DNA from: the human T2T-CHM13v2.0 reference genome, Homo sapiens
Direction: 5' to 3' (one strand)
NCBI RefSeq assembly: GCF_009914755.1
Contig: NC_060942.1
Length of the DNA stretch: 64,000 nt
The number at the start of each line of letters is the position of its first letter. The first letter of the stretch is position 1. Made by a program: the position numbers and the translations under genes. This document shows positions 16,080-28,399 of this stretch, piece after piece. The notes beneath the pieces are model-generated. The model made no database searches. It saw only the letters and a list, made by a program, of their open reading frames with translations, and was not told where the DNA came from.

Positions 16080-16590
16080 GTGTATTCAATGATATATACA
16101 CTAAAATTATACCATGACAAAGTGGGATTACCCCAGGGTTGCAAGCAAGTGTTGCCTCATATAAGGGGTTCTATTAATATGCTACACCACATCAAGACGC
16201 TAAGCAGGAAAAGCATCTTATAATTTTAGTGCATACTTGACAGGTATTTTATAGAAATCAACAATCATTCCTAATAAAAATTTCAGAACTAGAATTAAAA
16301 AGAATTCCGGTTAACAGCATAGAGCATCCATATTTAAATTAGCAATAATTCCTCTACATTCAGAATATATAAAGATGCCTACTATTATCATTGTCATTGA
16401 AATCATTCATAAAAATATTATTATTTAACATTGTCTGGAAAGTTTTTAAAAACAACGACAGAAAAGATAAAGACACCCCAATGGAAATAAATACTGAAAA
16501 AGAAGAGACAAAAATATCTCCTGTATATGATGTGATTACATACCTGGAGAGTTAAATCAGCCAAAATGATTCAAATATAAAAATATCCAG
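16080..16590 (+). mobile_element. Old L1M ORF2 fragment
   Basis: accatgacaaagtgggatt.ccccagggttgcaag, gatgcctactatta, tatttaacattgt.ctggaag. Confidence 0.6.
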
Positions 16591-16770
16591 TGATCCTGTT
16601 AAACTGTAAATCAGATGTCTGTTTCATGCCCTCTCAACTTTGTGGCTTCCCATCTCCCTCAGATTAAATCCAGTGTCCTTGGCCCCATACCATCTGGTAA
16701 CAACCTTGTTTTGTCCAATTCTCCACCTCTTCTGCTTCACTCCAAACACATGGCTTTCCCTGTTTCTCAG

Positions 16771-17495
16771 TGATATGCTTAGGCTTTGTGTCCCCACCCA
16801 AATCTCATCTTGAATGTAATCCCCATAATCCCCACATGTCAAGGGAGAGACCAGGCTGAGGTAATTGGATCACGGGGGTAGTTTCCCCCATGTTGTTCTC
16901 ATGACAGTGAGTTCTCACGAGATCTGAGGTCTGCTGGTTTTACAAGTGTTTGATAGTTCCTCCTGCATTCATTCTCTCACCTGCCGCCCCCCTGCGAAGA
17001 GGTGCTGATATGTTTTGGCTGTGTCCTCACCCAAATCTCACCTTGAATTGTAACAATCTCCATGTGTCAACGGCGGGGCCAGGTGGAGATAATTGAATCA
17101 TGGGGGTGGTTCCCTCGTACTGTTCTTGTGGTAGTGAATAAGTCTCACAAAATCTAATGGTTTTATAAATAGGAGTTCCCCTGCACAAGTTCTCTTGCCT
17201 GCCACCATGTAAGACGTTGACTTTGCTCCTCCTTTACCTTCTGCCATGATTCTGAGACCTCCCCAGCCATGTGGAACTGTGTCCACTAAACCTCTTTCCT
17301 TTATAAATTACCCAGTCTCAGGTATGTCTTTATTTGCAGCGTGAGGACAGACTAATACAGGTGCCTTCCACCATGATTGTAATTTTCCTGAGGCCTCCCC
17401 AGCCATGCAAACTGTGAGTCAATTAAACCTCTCTTCTCTACAAATTACCCAGTCTCAGACAGTTCTTTATAGCAGTGAGAGAACAAACTAATACA
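16771..17495 (+). mobile_element. THE1D-like solo LTR (outer element)
   Basis: tgatatgcttaggctttgtgtccccacccaaatc ... aaactaataca; perfect 5-bp TSD ctcag. Confidence 0.92.
17006..17359 (+). mobile_element. THE1B/C-like solo LTR nested in the THE1D LTR
   Basis: tgatatgttttggctgtgtcc ... gactaataca; perfect 5-bp TSD ggtgc. Confidence 0.92.
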
Positions 17496-17879
17496 CTCAG
17501 GATGCCACATATGTTCCCATCTCAGGGCCTTTGCACTTTCTGTTCCCTCTGTCATCTCATCCAGGTCTGCTTGAATGATACCTTTTGATACTGGCCCTCC
17601 CTGTCTTCCCTATTGCAAATGTCACTTTGTCAGTGGCCTGTCCTGAACACTAAATCTTTCCCTGGTCATTGTTTGTCCTCTGACTATGCTTTATTTTTTT
17701 CTTTATAAGATTTATTGCTGCCATGCTTATTAGTTATGTTTTTGCTTATTGTCTCTCTTCTCGCTAAAATGTAATCTCCAAGAAGATGAAAATTTTAGAT
17801 TCTCAGAACCTAGAAGAATATCCGGCCCACAAAAGGCACCTGGTAACTCGATGTTGAATAAATGATTAAATGAAAGGCA

Positions 17880-18790
17880 TATAAAACACACAAGAGATAG
17901 GTAAAAGAATTACTATCTCTTCTTCAGAAAAATAAGAAGTACTCGCAGATTGAGATTGACAATTTCCATACATAATATAAAGCTTTTCTGTAATAAAAAT
18001 AAAAATTAAAAAGGACAACAAAGTATTTGAATAAACAAAACAAAAATGATTAATAGTTATCACCTACAAAGAGTGCATTTAAATTTATAAAAACACCAAG
18101 ACCATAACAAACAGATAATTCACAGAAAATTATATACAATATAAACAAATACATGGAGAAATAGTAATCTTCACTAGTAAACAAAGGAATGTAAATTAAA
18201 GCAAGTTGAAATACTGTTTTATCTGTCAAATTAGAAAAACAGTTTTTGCTAACTGCTATTGAAGTGGAGAAAAAGCTAGTAGATTCATTCCAGAGTGATG
18301 GCACTGTATTAAATAATATTTTTGCAAAGCAATTCAGCAATATAGAGAAAGAGCCATATACATGTCTGTGTCCTTTACTAGTAATGCCTCTATTAGGAAT
18401 TATTCCTATGGAAATTCAATAGCAGCAAAAAGCTATTTGCAAGAAGATGCTCACTGTAGTGTTATCTATAAAAGCCCCAAACTGAAAACCATAAATGGCC
18501 AACATTAAGGGGAATGGTTTAATAAATTACAGCACCTCTGTACAATGGAATATTACGTGGCCATTAAAATGGTAATTATGCAGAAACATGAAAAATGTTT
18601 ATGATCCACTGGTCATTGAAAACAGGCAGAATACAAAATAGTAGGCATATACCACAGACAACACTCCCAGCATGTATTACATTTAGAAGAGATAATAAGT
18701 AAAAATAATATAATAGTTGGTTTGGGGTTAGTAGAATTTTATAGGTGACATAAGAAATATTATTTTTTAAATGTTCTCTTTAAATTTTCA
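17880..18790 (+). mobile_element. L1ME 3' region
   Basis: gaatgtaaattaaagcaa, tacaatggaatattacgtggccattaaaa. Confidence 0.65.
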
Positions 18791-19449
18791 CACAGAAGCT
18801 CTTGTAATTTCTAACAGGTTAGATTCTGAAAGGCTCTTCCTGTGCCTGAAGTAATACTGCACCAACTATCAATTTGTACATAGCCCTGTAAAACTTTATC
18901 ATCTTTACTTTATTTACACTACAATAGCAAGACTCTTCTTACCACCACTTTTAACACTCCCTCTGCTGTGGAGTTTAAAGGCAATGCAGAAATATGTCGA
19001 ACAAAGGAGGAGGCAAACAAAATAAGATGGAACACTAAGGCTAGAGCGAAAATGACCCTGGAAACCACTCCAGCCACCTGTCCATGGCCGGCAGAGCTAA
19101 TGTGTTTTTGCCTTGGCCGGAAGTTTTGCTTATGTGTCTGAAAGCTGTTAGGTGGAGGGGAGTCTCCACTTTGCCCAAACCAGAACACATGGTCTAGAAA
19201 CACAGCTGGGACTTGACTCAGCCACCCTCTAAAACCCAGGCACAAGCCCAAATGGATTTCCCCAGTGACATGCGCAGGGGTCAAGTGGTTCCACTGATCC
19301 AGAACCCCCAACATCTTTGAAAACAAGCACAGCTTCATAGCATAGAATGGGATTGGGGGTCCAGTCTTCCCAGAATATTTTCTTTCCCATCTTCCCCTTG
19401 GGGAACAGATTCACCCACCTTCCTTGTGATACCTTCCTGATCTTTCTGC

Positions 19450-19640
19450 TAGATCCTAGCTGGGAGACCTTGAACAAGTTAGTTAAACTCTCTGCGCCTC
19501 ACTTTCCTCCGTTGTAGAAAAGGGGATAAGAAAAGCCCCTACCTCACAGCACTATGTGAGCATTAATGAGTTAATATGTGTCAAGTGAAGGGAACACTGC
19601 CTGCCATATAACACTCAGATGATGCTAGTTATCACTAACT
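19450..19640 (+). mobile_element. MIR
   Basis: gaccttgaacaagttagttaaactctctgcgcctcactttcctc core. Confidence 0.8.
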
Positions 19641-20076
19641 GTTGTCCTTGTGGTGGAATTGACCTGATCTCTCTTTTGCTCCACTGTGGTATGTGCCCAT
19701 ACTTAATAAAAAAACCCAGTCCCAAACTTGGAATGGGACAGAACCTTTTTGCATGATGTAATTTCCAAGCTCTTTCTGGGAAGAAATTAGCATTGATAAA
19801 ATGCTTAAGCAATTTTCTGACAAACTTTAATGAGATTAAGACCTCTTCTGGGAAGCCAGATACCCACCCACTCAGCTGACTGTCAGTCAGGATCTAATGA
19901 TCTTGAAACAATCTTTTTTTTTTTTTTATATCCAGTCTAACAGTGATTACTTAATCATCCTGTTTTTCTATAAAATTTTTCTATAGGAGACAATCTCTGA
20001 ATTAACCCACTAATGCTTCTTTTCTTGTGATTTGCTTGAACTTAAACTTCGGCATGTGTTTAAAAGTAAAATATCT

Positions 20077-20385
20077 GACCAGGCATAACCTCTCATGCCT
20101 ATAATCCCAGCACTTTGGGAGGCTGAGTTGGGAGGATCATTTGAGCCCAGGAGTTCAAGACCAGCCTAAGCAACATAGCAAGACCTTGTTTCTACTAAAA
20201 ATAAAAATAAAAATAAATTAGCTGGGCGTGGTTGTGTAGTCCCGGCTACTCAGGAGAATGGGGCAGGACAATCACTTGAGCTGAGGAGGTTGTGGCTGCA
20301 TTGAGCCATGATTACACCACTGCATTCCAGCCTCGGTGACAGAGCAAGAACCTGTCTCCCCCCAGAAATAAAGAAATAAAGAATA
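20077..20385 (+). mobile_element. AluJ
   Basis: ggaggatcatttgagcccaggagttc, gagccatgatt J diagnostics; A-rich tail. Confidence 0.9.
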
Positions 20386-20515
20386 TAAAAGAAAATGTTT
20401 GAAAAAAACAAACAAGTCTATTATAGCATATAAAATAGTTGATAGCATTTATTTGTATTCTTAGTTCTAACATTCATACTAGGGGAGGGACCCTGGGAAG
20501 TAAGGACCACACTTG

Positions 20516-21155
20516 TGATGCAGGATCTAAAAAGAAATGATTTAGGCAGATAGTGAGGGTAAAAGAGTCTTCAGTAAGGATTTCCTTTTAACAAAAAGCA
20601 GCCCTCAAATCATTTCCAACAAAAAGCAGCCCAGAAAATCAAGCTGCAGCCTGAAAAAGCAAGCTAGAATCTTGCACAGGTGAATGCCAGCAGCTGTGCC
20701 AATAGGAAAAGACTACTTGGGGCTAGGCATGTTCAACATGGCGGCTCCATCTTCCCTTTTCTTTGTCAACCATGTGTACAGTAAGGATCAGACAATGTGG
20801 CACTGGCCAGGTAGAGAACCCAATCTGCATACTAAAAGATCAGGGCGGGATGGCCAGCTTCTTCGTGGACTATGCAAACGTCACACCTGCTCTGACCAAT
20901 CTCTGCGGCCCTATGTGAATCAGACACCACCTCCTCAAGCTCACCTATAAAACCCTGTGCATTTCACCATGGAACTGGGAGACCCATTCAGGTGTCCCTC
21001 TCTCTCTCTCTGCAGGAGAGAGAGCTATTCTCTTTTCTCTTTCTTTTGCCTATTAAACCTCTGCTCTTAAACTCACTTCTTGTGTGTCCACGCTCTCAAT
21101 TTCTCTGGTGTGAGATGAATCTTGGGTATTTACCCCAGACAATGACACCACTTGA
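20516..21155 (+). mobile_element. LTR9-family (HUERS-P3, ERV1) solo LTR inserted in an L2 3' end
   Basis: tgatgcagga..aagaaat.atttaggcagatagtgaggg start, tatttaccccagacaa end; CCAAT 20896, TATAAAA 20946, ATTAAA 21052; 4-bp TSD cttg/tttg. Confidence 0.85.
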
Positions 21156-21329
21156 TTTGTTTTTACCCATATTTTTATCTAGCACTTAATATTGTGACTG
21201 ATATAGAAAAGGTAATCAATAAATGTTTGTTAAGAGAATAAATTAATGAAAGAACAAATAAACTTTTAAAAAGAATTGAAAAAAGCAGCACTTACTATTA
21301 GCCAGAAGAACTGGGAGACTGCGTTACAA

Positions 21330-21620
21330 AGCACTACTGGCTTTGGACTCAACCCAGGGGTTGAAACATGTTTTTAGCTGTGTGGTTTTGGGAAAGTTTA
21401 TCCACCTTCCTGACCTTCCATTTCTTCATAGCACTATGGAGAGAATAGTGCATTGTGAAGGTATTGTGAGTTGGGACAACTTGTACAGAGAATATAACAC
21501 AATGGCAAGTACATTTGGGCCTAAAGATATCTTAGTTCTCCCTCTTGCCACTGACTCTTTTTTTGTGATTGGAAAAGTTACTTCCTCTCTCTGGGCCTCA
21601 GTTTCCTCGTTCTTAAATAA
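21330..21620 (+). mobile_element. Two MIR fragments overlapping the 5' half of the 178-aa ORF
   Basis: tagctgtgtggttttgggaaagtttatccacc..., aaagttacttcctctctctgggcctcagtttcctc. Confidence 0.7.
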
Positions 21621-21972
21621 TAAAAAAATCCCTCATGGGGCATGGCTCCTCTCTCCCTGCCTTCACTTTCTGCAGGCACTGCTGGTGTGTGCTCAGGTGT
21701 ACCTGCCTCTTCCCGTCAGGTCCCTGCTTTGCATTTGCACCTGCCCCCCTTTTGTTTGTAGTCTAAGTGACATGGGTCTCCCTCTCTTTCCTCCAACTGC
21801 ATCGCTCAATCCTGCAATGTGTCACAATGGTGTGGAGCTGTCATTCTGGATGATGTGGCGTGACCTCACACTGATGCCATTCCCCTCCCACCAAGCCAAC
21901 CTGGCTTCCTCCTCCACCCATGGAATAAGCCAGAATGCTGAAAGTGGGAGGGAAATAGAGCACCAAGGTTAA
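21436..21972 (+). CDS. C18orf12: Putative 178-aa single-exon ORF (MERIVHCEG...REIEHQG); recalled as uncharacterized C18orf12; translation doubtful
   Basis: ATG at 21436 in a strong context (actATGG), 537-nt open frame, no recognisable domain; name from memory of the protein sequence and length. Confidence 0.55.
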   Translation: MERIVHCEGIVSWDNLYREYNTMASTFGPKDILVLPLATDSFFVIGKVTSSLWASVSSFLNNKKIPHGAWLLSPCLHFLQALLVCAQVYLPLPVRSLLCICTCPPFVCSLSDMGLPLFPPTASLNPAMCHNGVELSFWMMWRDLTLMPFPSHQANLASSSTHGISQNAESGREIEHQG

Positions 21973-22909
21973 GGAGGCAGTCCCTGACATTTATTAGTGG
22001 AATTTCTGTTTCTATGATGAATGTAGAGATTTGGGGTGACTGCCTCTTAAGGTGATATGTAGGGAGATGATGAATCCCAGTGTTTTCCTTAAAGATCCAT
22101 CCAGTTTAGAGGAAGACATACATATACAAAGTCAATATTGAAAAGATTGTATAGACCTATAGAATAGAGAGGAGGGGAAAGAGATGTGCTTGGACTTAAC
22201 AGCAGTGCAAAGGCTGCTGGAGCAGTGCCCTGAGCTGGCCCTTTAAGGATGGATAGGATTCACTCAGATTTGTGTGGGTGAATAGGCAGAGCCTTCCAGG
22301 GCTCTGAAACTGATGGGGTTATGGTGGAATAGGGGTTGAAAAAAAGAGAAAAAGAGAAAAAGAAAAAAAATCCCTCCTGTGCCAGGGATCTAGTCAAGGT
22401 AAAATAAATACCTTTAAAAATACTTAAAAAGATAAAGATCCAGGGCAGACTGCAGCTTTCAGCCAAGGTAGAGAGAAACAAGGACTGGATTTACCCTCCC
22501 ACCTGGAAAAATTAAAATACTAGACAATATAGGTGAAACAACAGTTTTCAAGACACCAGACATGAGGCACTGAAAGACAGTGGTGCCTGAGAGATGAGAA
22601 AAACTAATGTGAGCCCTACAATTGCCCAAACTGTAGCCTTGAGAGAGTGTCCAGGCCATAGAGCAGGAAGGGAGAACTGAGGCACTAGCATTCTTCCTGA
22701 GTAGAAGAGACAGAGCTGAGCATCCAGGGAGATCAAGGCAGTTAAAGTTCATAGGACAGAGCACCAGAGAGAAGAGAGAGAAAGAACCTCAGAGATCTGT
22801 AGAGGGCTCCCCTCAAGTAATCATCAGAGTACCGATTAGTGCAAACATGTCAGGAAAATACCCAAAGCCAGGAAAAGAACCACCCAAAAAGGGGTAAAAG
22901 AAATAGTAC

Positions 22910-24030
22910 TGAAGTAACCCTCAAAGGGTTAACAAGAATTCTGGATAGAAATACAGTTATAATTAAGCATTAGTCAGGCTGTGCTTTGACCTACTTCCTT
23001 GTAACTGAAAGTCACAGTAGCACTAGATACTGACCACATGCATCCCCATTGTTCCAATAGGTAGGATCTCAAAAATTGCTTGTTTTTTAGATCCTAAATT
23101 CCAGCAAAACAGCTAATACCAACCAGCCTGAAGACCCCCATAGAAGAAGTGAATCTCATGAGAATACAGTTTCTTCATCACCTTGTCCCATGACTCTGAT
23201 ATAGGAGTTAAGAAGAAATTACTTATGCAGATAGTGAGGGTATGGGAGTTGTTGGTAAGGTTTTCCTTTTTAACGAAAAGCAGCCCCCAAACCATGTTCT
23301 AATAAAGAGCAGCCTGTAAAATCAAGCTGCAGACATAGACAAGAAAGCTGGAAGCTTACATGGGTGAATGCCGGCAGCAAAATACTACCTAGGAATAGGC
23401 AAGTTCAAAATGGCGGTTCCATCTTCCCTTCTCTCTTTGCCAGCCACGTGTACAGTAAGGAGCAGACAAGATGGCCCTGGCCAAGTGGAAAGCCCATTTG
23501 CATAATAAAATTAGGGTGGGGTGATCAGCCTTCTCCTTTCCCCGCTGCTATGTAAACATCACACATGGTTGAACCAATCTGTGGGCCCTATGTAAATCAG
23601 GCTCTGCCTCCTCAAGCCTGCCTATAAAATCTGCTGCAGTCCGCCGCTTTTCCCTTTTTCGGACACCTCTATCCTCCTCTCTCGTTTCTTCTGCCTATTA
23701 AACTTTCCGCTCCTTACCCCACTCCATGTGTGTGTGTCCATGTCATTAATCTTCTTGACACAAGACGACGAACCCCATGTATTTACCCCAGACAACAATA
23801 CAGCTTCCACTTTACCCTGCATTCTTTGACCAATCAACAATCTCCACACTTCAGCCCATTCCAAAGCCCTTAAAAACCCCAGTCCTAAACTTCTTGGGGA
23901 GGTAGATTTGAGGTTTCCTCCCATCTCCTCATTCAGTAGCCCTATGATTAAACCTTTCCCTGCTGCAATCCAGTATCTCAGTGTACTGACTTGCCATGCA
24001 CATCAGGCAATGAACCTATTATGGTTTGTT
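22910..24030 (+). mobile_element. LTR26-like (MER4-group ERV1) solo LTR, interrupted by LTR9
   Basis: aaagggttaacaagaattctggatagaaata...; 3' part gtagatttgaggtttcctcccatctcctc..attaaacc; family name tentative. Confidence 0.7.
23197..23808 (+). mobile_element. Second LTR9-family solo LTR, nested in the LTR26-like LTR
   Basis: tgatataggagttaagaagaaat start, atttaccccagacaacaatacagcttc end; TSD actc/actt; octamer ATTTGCAT at 23496-23503. Confidence 0.85.
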
Positions 24031-24521
24031 CATGATGCTCACATGGATCAGGAATAATGCTGCTCCCACTGGCCAGACTTGAAAACCTCACAATTCACAG
24101 GGCTAAAATACTAAGAAAGATCTTAATACTATCCTAGACTACACATTAATCTAGTCCCACCGAACAAATCTTATAAGCAAGGTCCAACAGGGTCAAACTT
24201 TTTCAAATATCTTAACTGAGCCCTTTAATAAAGCTCAAGAAAATTTAAAGGAATACAAAAATGTCCAGCACACAGGATAAAATTCACAATGTCTGACATC
24301 CAATACAAAATTACCAGATATGCAAAGGAGCTGGAAAATATGGCCCATATTAAGGAGAAAAAGCCAATCAATCCAAACTGACCCAGAACTTACAATTAGC
24401 AGAGAAAGACAATGAAAAAGGTATTATAACTGTATTCCATATGTTTAAAAAGTTAAGATATAGAAAGTAAGATATAAAAAGACTAAAACTTCTAGAGATG
24501 AAAACTACAATATTTAGAATG

Positions 24522-24965
24522 TGTTAAATAAAATTTCTAAGAGGCTATTGGTTTGGACTGAGCTCCTGCAGTAGGCCCAACAGACCAAACCAAAATGGAG
24601 TGTAACTCACACTGAAGTTCCACACCACCAAGCTGAAACTAAGTTGTTTATCTGACCTTCCAAGAAATTAAGAGAGAAAGAGAGATATAATAGTCAAATC
24701 TCTAAATAGGGAAGTTTTAGCCAGCATGATAAGAAAGTCCTATCTGCTTTAATCTTTACAAGAAAAGTAACTTTGAAATGACCAATCTACTTTTGTTATT
24801 TGGTTCTCTTTCCTGGGCCCTTCTGTCTATAAAGCCAACCTCCCCAGCTCAGCTCATTAGAACACTCATTCCATTTTGTAGAATGAAGTGTTGCCCAATT
24901 CTAGATTGAAAATAAAAGCCAATTAACATCTTTAAATCAGATGTGTTGTAATTTTGTCTTTTTCA
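24522..24965 (+). mobile_element. LTR54/MER57-like ERV1 solo LTR
   Basis: tgttaaataaaattt..gaggctattggtttggactgagctcctgca ... aattttgtctttttca; TSD aatg/gatg. Confidence 0.75.
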
Positions 24966-27019
24966 GATGAAAAATACACTGGATAGAATCCAATAACAGC
25001 AGATAAGATTTTGTTCCCTCCACCCTCCCCTATTTTCCAAAAAAGAATAAGGAATTTGAATACATAGCAAGAGAGGTTATCCAAAAAGAAACACATAGAG
25101 AAAAAAGAATTGTAAAAGTGTACAGAGCAAAAGTGCACTGTGGGGACAACTTCAAGCAGCTTGTTCTATGTGTAATTAAAGTCTCCAGAGGAAAGGAGAG
25201 AGTTGGAGGACAGGAATAAAGTATTTGAAAAGATAATAGCCAAAAAATTACTAAACTTTATTTTTAAAAAAAACTATAAACCCACAGTTCCAAGAAGCTC
25301 AAGAAACCTGAAACATAAGAAATATGAAGAAGGTATACCAAGACATGTCATAATCAAATTGTTCAAAACCAATAATAAAGACAAAATCTTAAAAGCAACC
25401 AGGGTGAGTGGAGGGGAAGACACATTACATGCAGAAAAAAGTATAGGGATTACAGCAGATTTCTCATACAAAATAATGTGGGCAAAAAGACAGTGGAGAA
25501 ATACCTTTAAAATACTGAAAGAAAAAATTATCAACCTGGAATTTTCTACATGGTGAAAATGCCTTTCTAAAGCAAAGGTAAAATAAAGACTTTTTCATAC
25601 ATACAAAAGCTCAAAAAAAAAAAAAAATAGAAGGCCCATATTATAAGAAGTGTTAAAGGACATTCTTCAAGCACAATGAAAATGAAGCCAGGTGGAAATA
25701 TGGATCTAGACAAAGCAATGATAGCTTTAGAAATGGTTTTGTGCATTTATATCTGTATTTTAAAAGATAATTATACAAAAATAATAATATAATATGGGGT
25801 TTATAACATATGTAAAAGTAAAATGTATGACGATATTATCATTAAGGTCAAAAGGAAAGAAATGAAAATGTACTATTGTAAGGTTTGTATACTATTCACA
25901 AAGTGGTATAATATCATTTGAAAGTAGACTTTGACATTACAGATATATATTATAAACCTGAGAGCAACCTGAGGTAATACAGGTAATACAAATATAGGAA
26001 ATACAGGTAGTTAACAAAGGAGATAAAAGGGAATCACAAAAATATTCAGTCCAAAGGAAGGCATAAAAAGAGGAAAAATTGAACAAATAAGAGGTGAGAT
26101 GAATAGAAAACAAATAGAAAGATGATAACTCTAAACCTAAACATCAATAATCACATTAAACATAAGTGATCTAAACATTATAATTAAAAGGCAGAGACTG
26201 TTAGATTGGATATAAAGGAAGACCCAACTATAAACTGAAACCCACTTTAAATATAAAAAAAGATGAAAGTAAAAAGGATCAAAAATATATACCAAGCTAA
26301 TACTAATGAAAAGAAAGCTAGACTAGTTATATTAGTGTCAGACAAAGTAGATTTCAGAGCAAAAATATTACCAGGAATAAAGAGAAAATTCCATAATGAT
26401 AAAAGGATCAATTCATCAGGAGGAGGACATAACAATTGGAAACTACTATATACCCAATAACAGAGCTTTGAAAAACTTGAACCAAAAACTAAACAATAAA
26501 GAGATACCCTTTAAAGCCATATATCTATTAAGGTAATTAAATGTGTACTTAAAAACTTTCCCATAAAGAAAATTTTAGACTCAGCTGGCTTCACTGGTAA
26601 ATTCTACTATTTAAAGAAGAAATTATACTAATTCTACATGAGCTCTTCCAGAAAACTGAAGGGAAGGGAATATTTCCCAACCCATTCCATGAGGGAGCAT
26701 TACCCTGATACCAAAACCAGACAAAACATTACAAGAAAAGAAAACTATAGACTAATACCCTTCATGAACAAGATACAGAAATTGTAAATGAAATTTCAGC
26801 AAATAGAATTTGACAATATTTTAAAAGGATAAAATATCAGGACTAAGTGGTATTTATCTCAGGACTGAAAGGTTGGTTTAACATTTGAAAATCAGTGTAA
26901 GGCGCTGTATTAACAAGCTGAAAAAAAAAAAACTAGGATCATGCAAATAGATGCAGAAAAAGCATTTGATAAAATCAAACATCCATTTCTGATTAAGAAA
27001 AAAACCTATCAATAAATAT

Positions 27020-27190
27020 CAGCTGGGCATGGTAGCTTGCACCTATAATCCCACCCACTTAAGAGGCTGAGGCAGGAGGATCACCTGAGCCCAGGAGTTC
27101 AAGGCTCCAGTGAGCTATGATTGCACCACTGCACTCCAGCCTGAGTGACAGATCAAGACCCCATCTCTAGGAAAAAAACAGAAAACAAAA
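27020..27190 (+). mobile_element. FRAM / AluJ right monomer
   Basis: Single Alu arm with J diagnostics. Confidence 0.85.
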
Positions 27191-27796
27191 ATACGCTTGG
27201 AATAGAAAGAAACTTCTTCAACCTACTAACATGTACAAACAAACCTATAACTAACATCATATTTAATGATGAACAACTGAATGTTTTTCTTCTAAGATCA
27301 GAAAAAAAGTCAAGGCTATCCACTCTAACTACTCCTATTCAACATTGTCCTGAATGTTCTAGCCAGTGCAATCAGAAAAGAAGTAAAAAGCACCCAGATT
27401 GGAGCAGAAGTAAGACTACTTTTATTCACAGACACCATGATTATCTATGTACAAAATACAATGAAATCCCCAAAAAGCTACTAGAACTAGTAAGAGAGTT
27501 GTACCACGTTTGTGATATATAAGATCAATGTATAAATATTAATTGTATTCCTACATACTAGCAACAATAGGAAATTGAAATAAGAAAAGCTACTGACAGT
27601 AACACCAAAATATATAAAATGCTCAGTAATAAATACAACAATAGATGTGCAAAATCTGTTTTAAGAACTATAAATAGTGCCAGAAAATTAAAGATCTAAA
27701 TACACCATGTTCATAGGTTGGAAGATTATTGATATGTCAATTATCCCCCAAATTGATCTGTAGATTCAATGCAATCCCAATCAAAATCCCAGCATA

Positions 27797-28399
<603 letters not shown>

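Larger units (their letters stand above)
16590..17872 (+). mobile_element. L2a 3' end, split by nested THE1 LTRs
   Basis: ggcttcccatctccctcaga.taaatcc, ctcagggcctttgcact, terminal gttgaataaatgattaaatgaa. Confidence 0.8.

Noticed and set aside
18919-19338. 139-aa minus-strand ORF ending near an AATAAA
   Set aside because: No recognisable protein features; only the poly(A) motif is kept, as a weak finding.
20516-23808. Single provirus bounded by two LTR9s
   Set aside because: Each LTR has its own TSD, the two differ in sequence, and the interior is L2, MIR, unique DNA, L1M and another LTR, with no PBS or gag/pol remnant.
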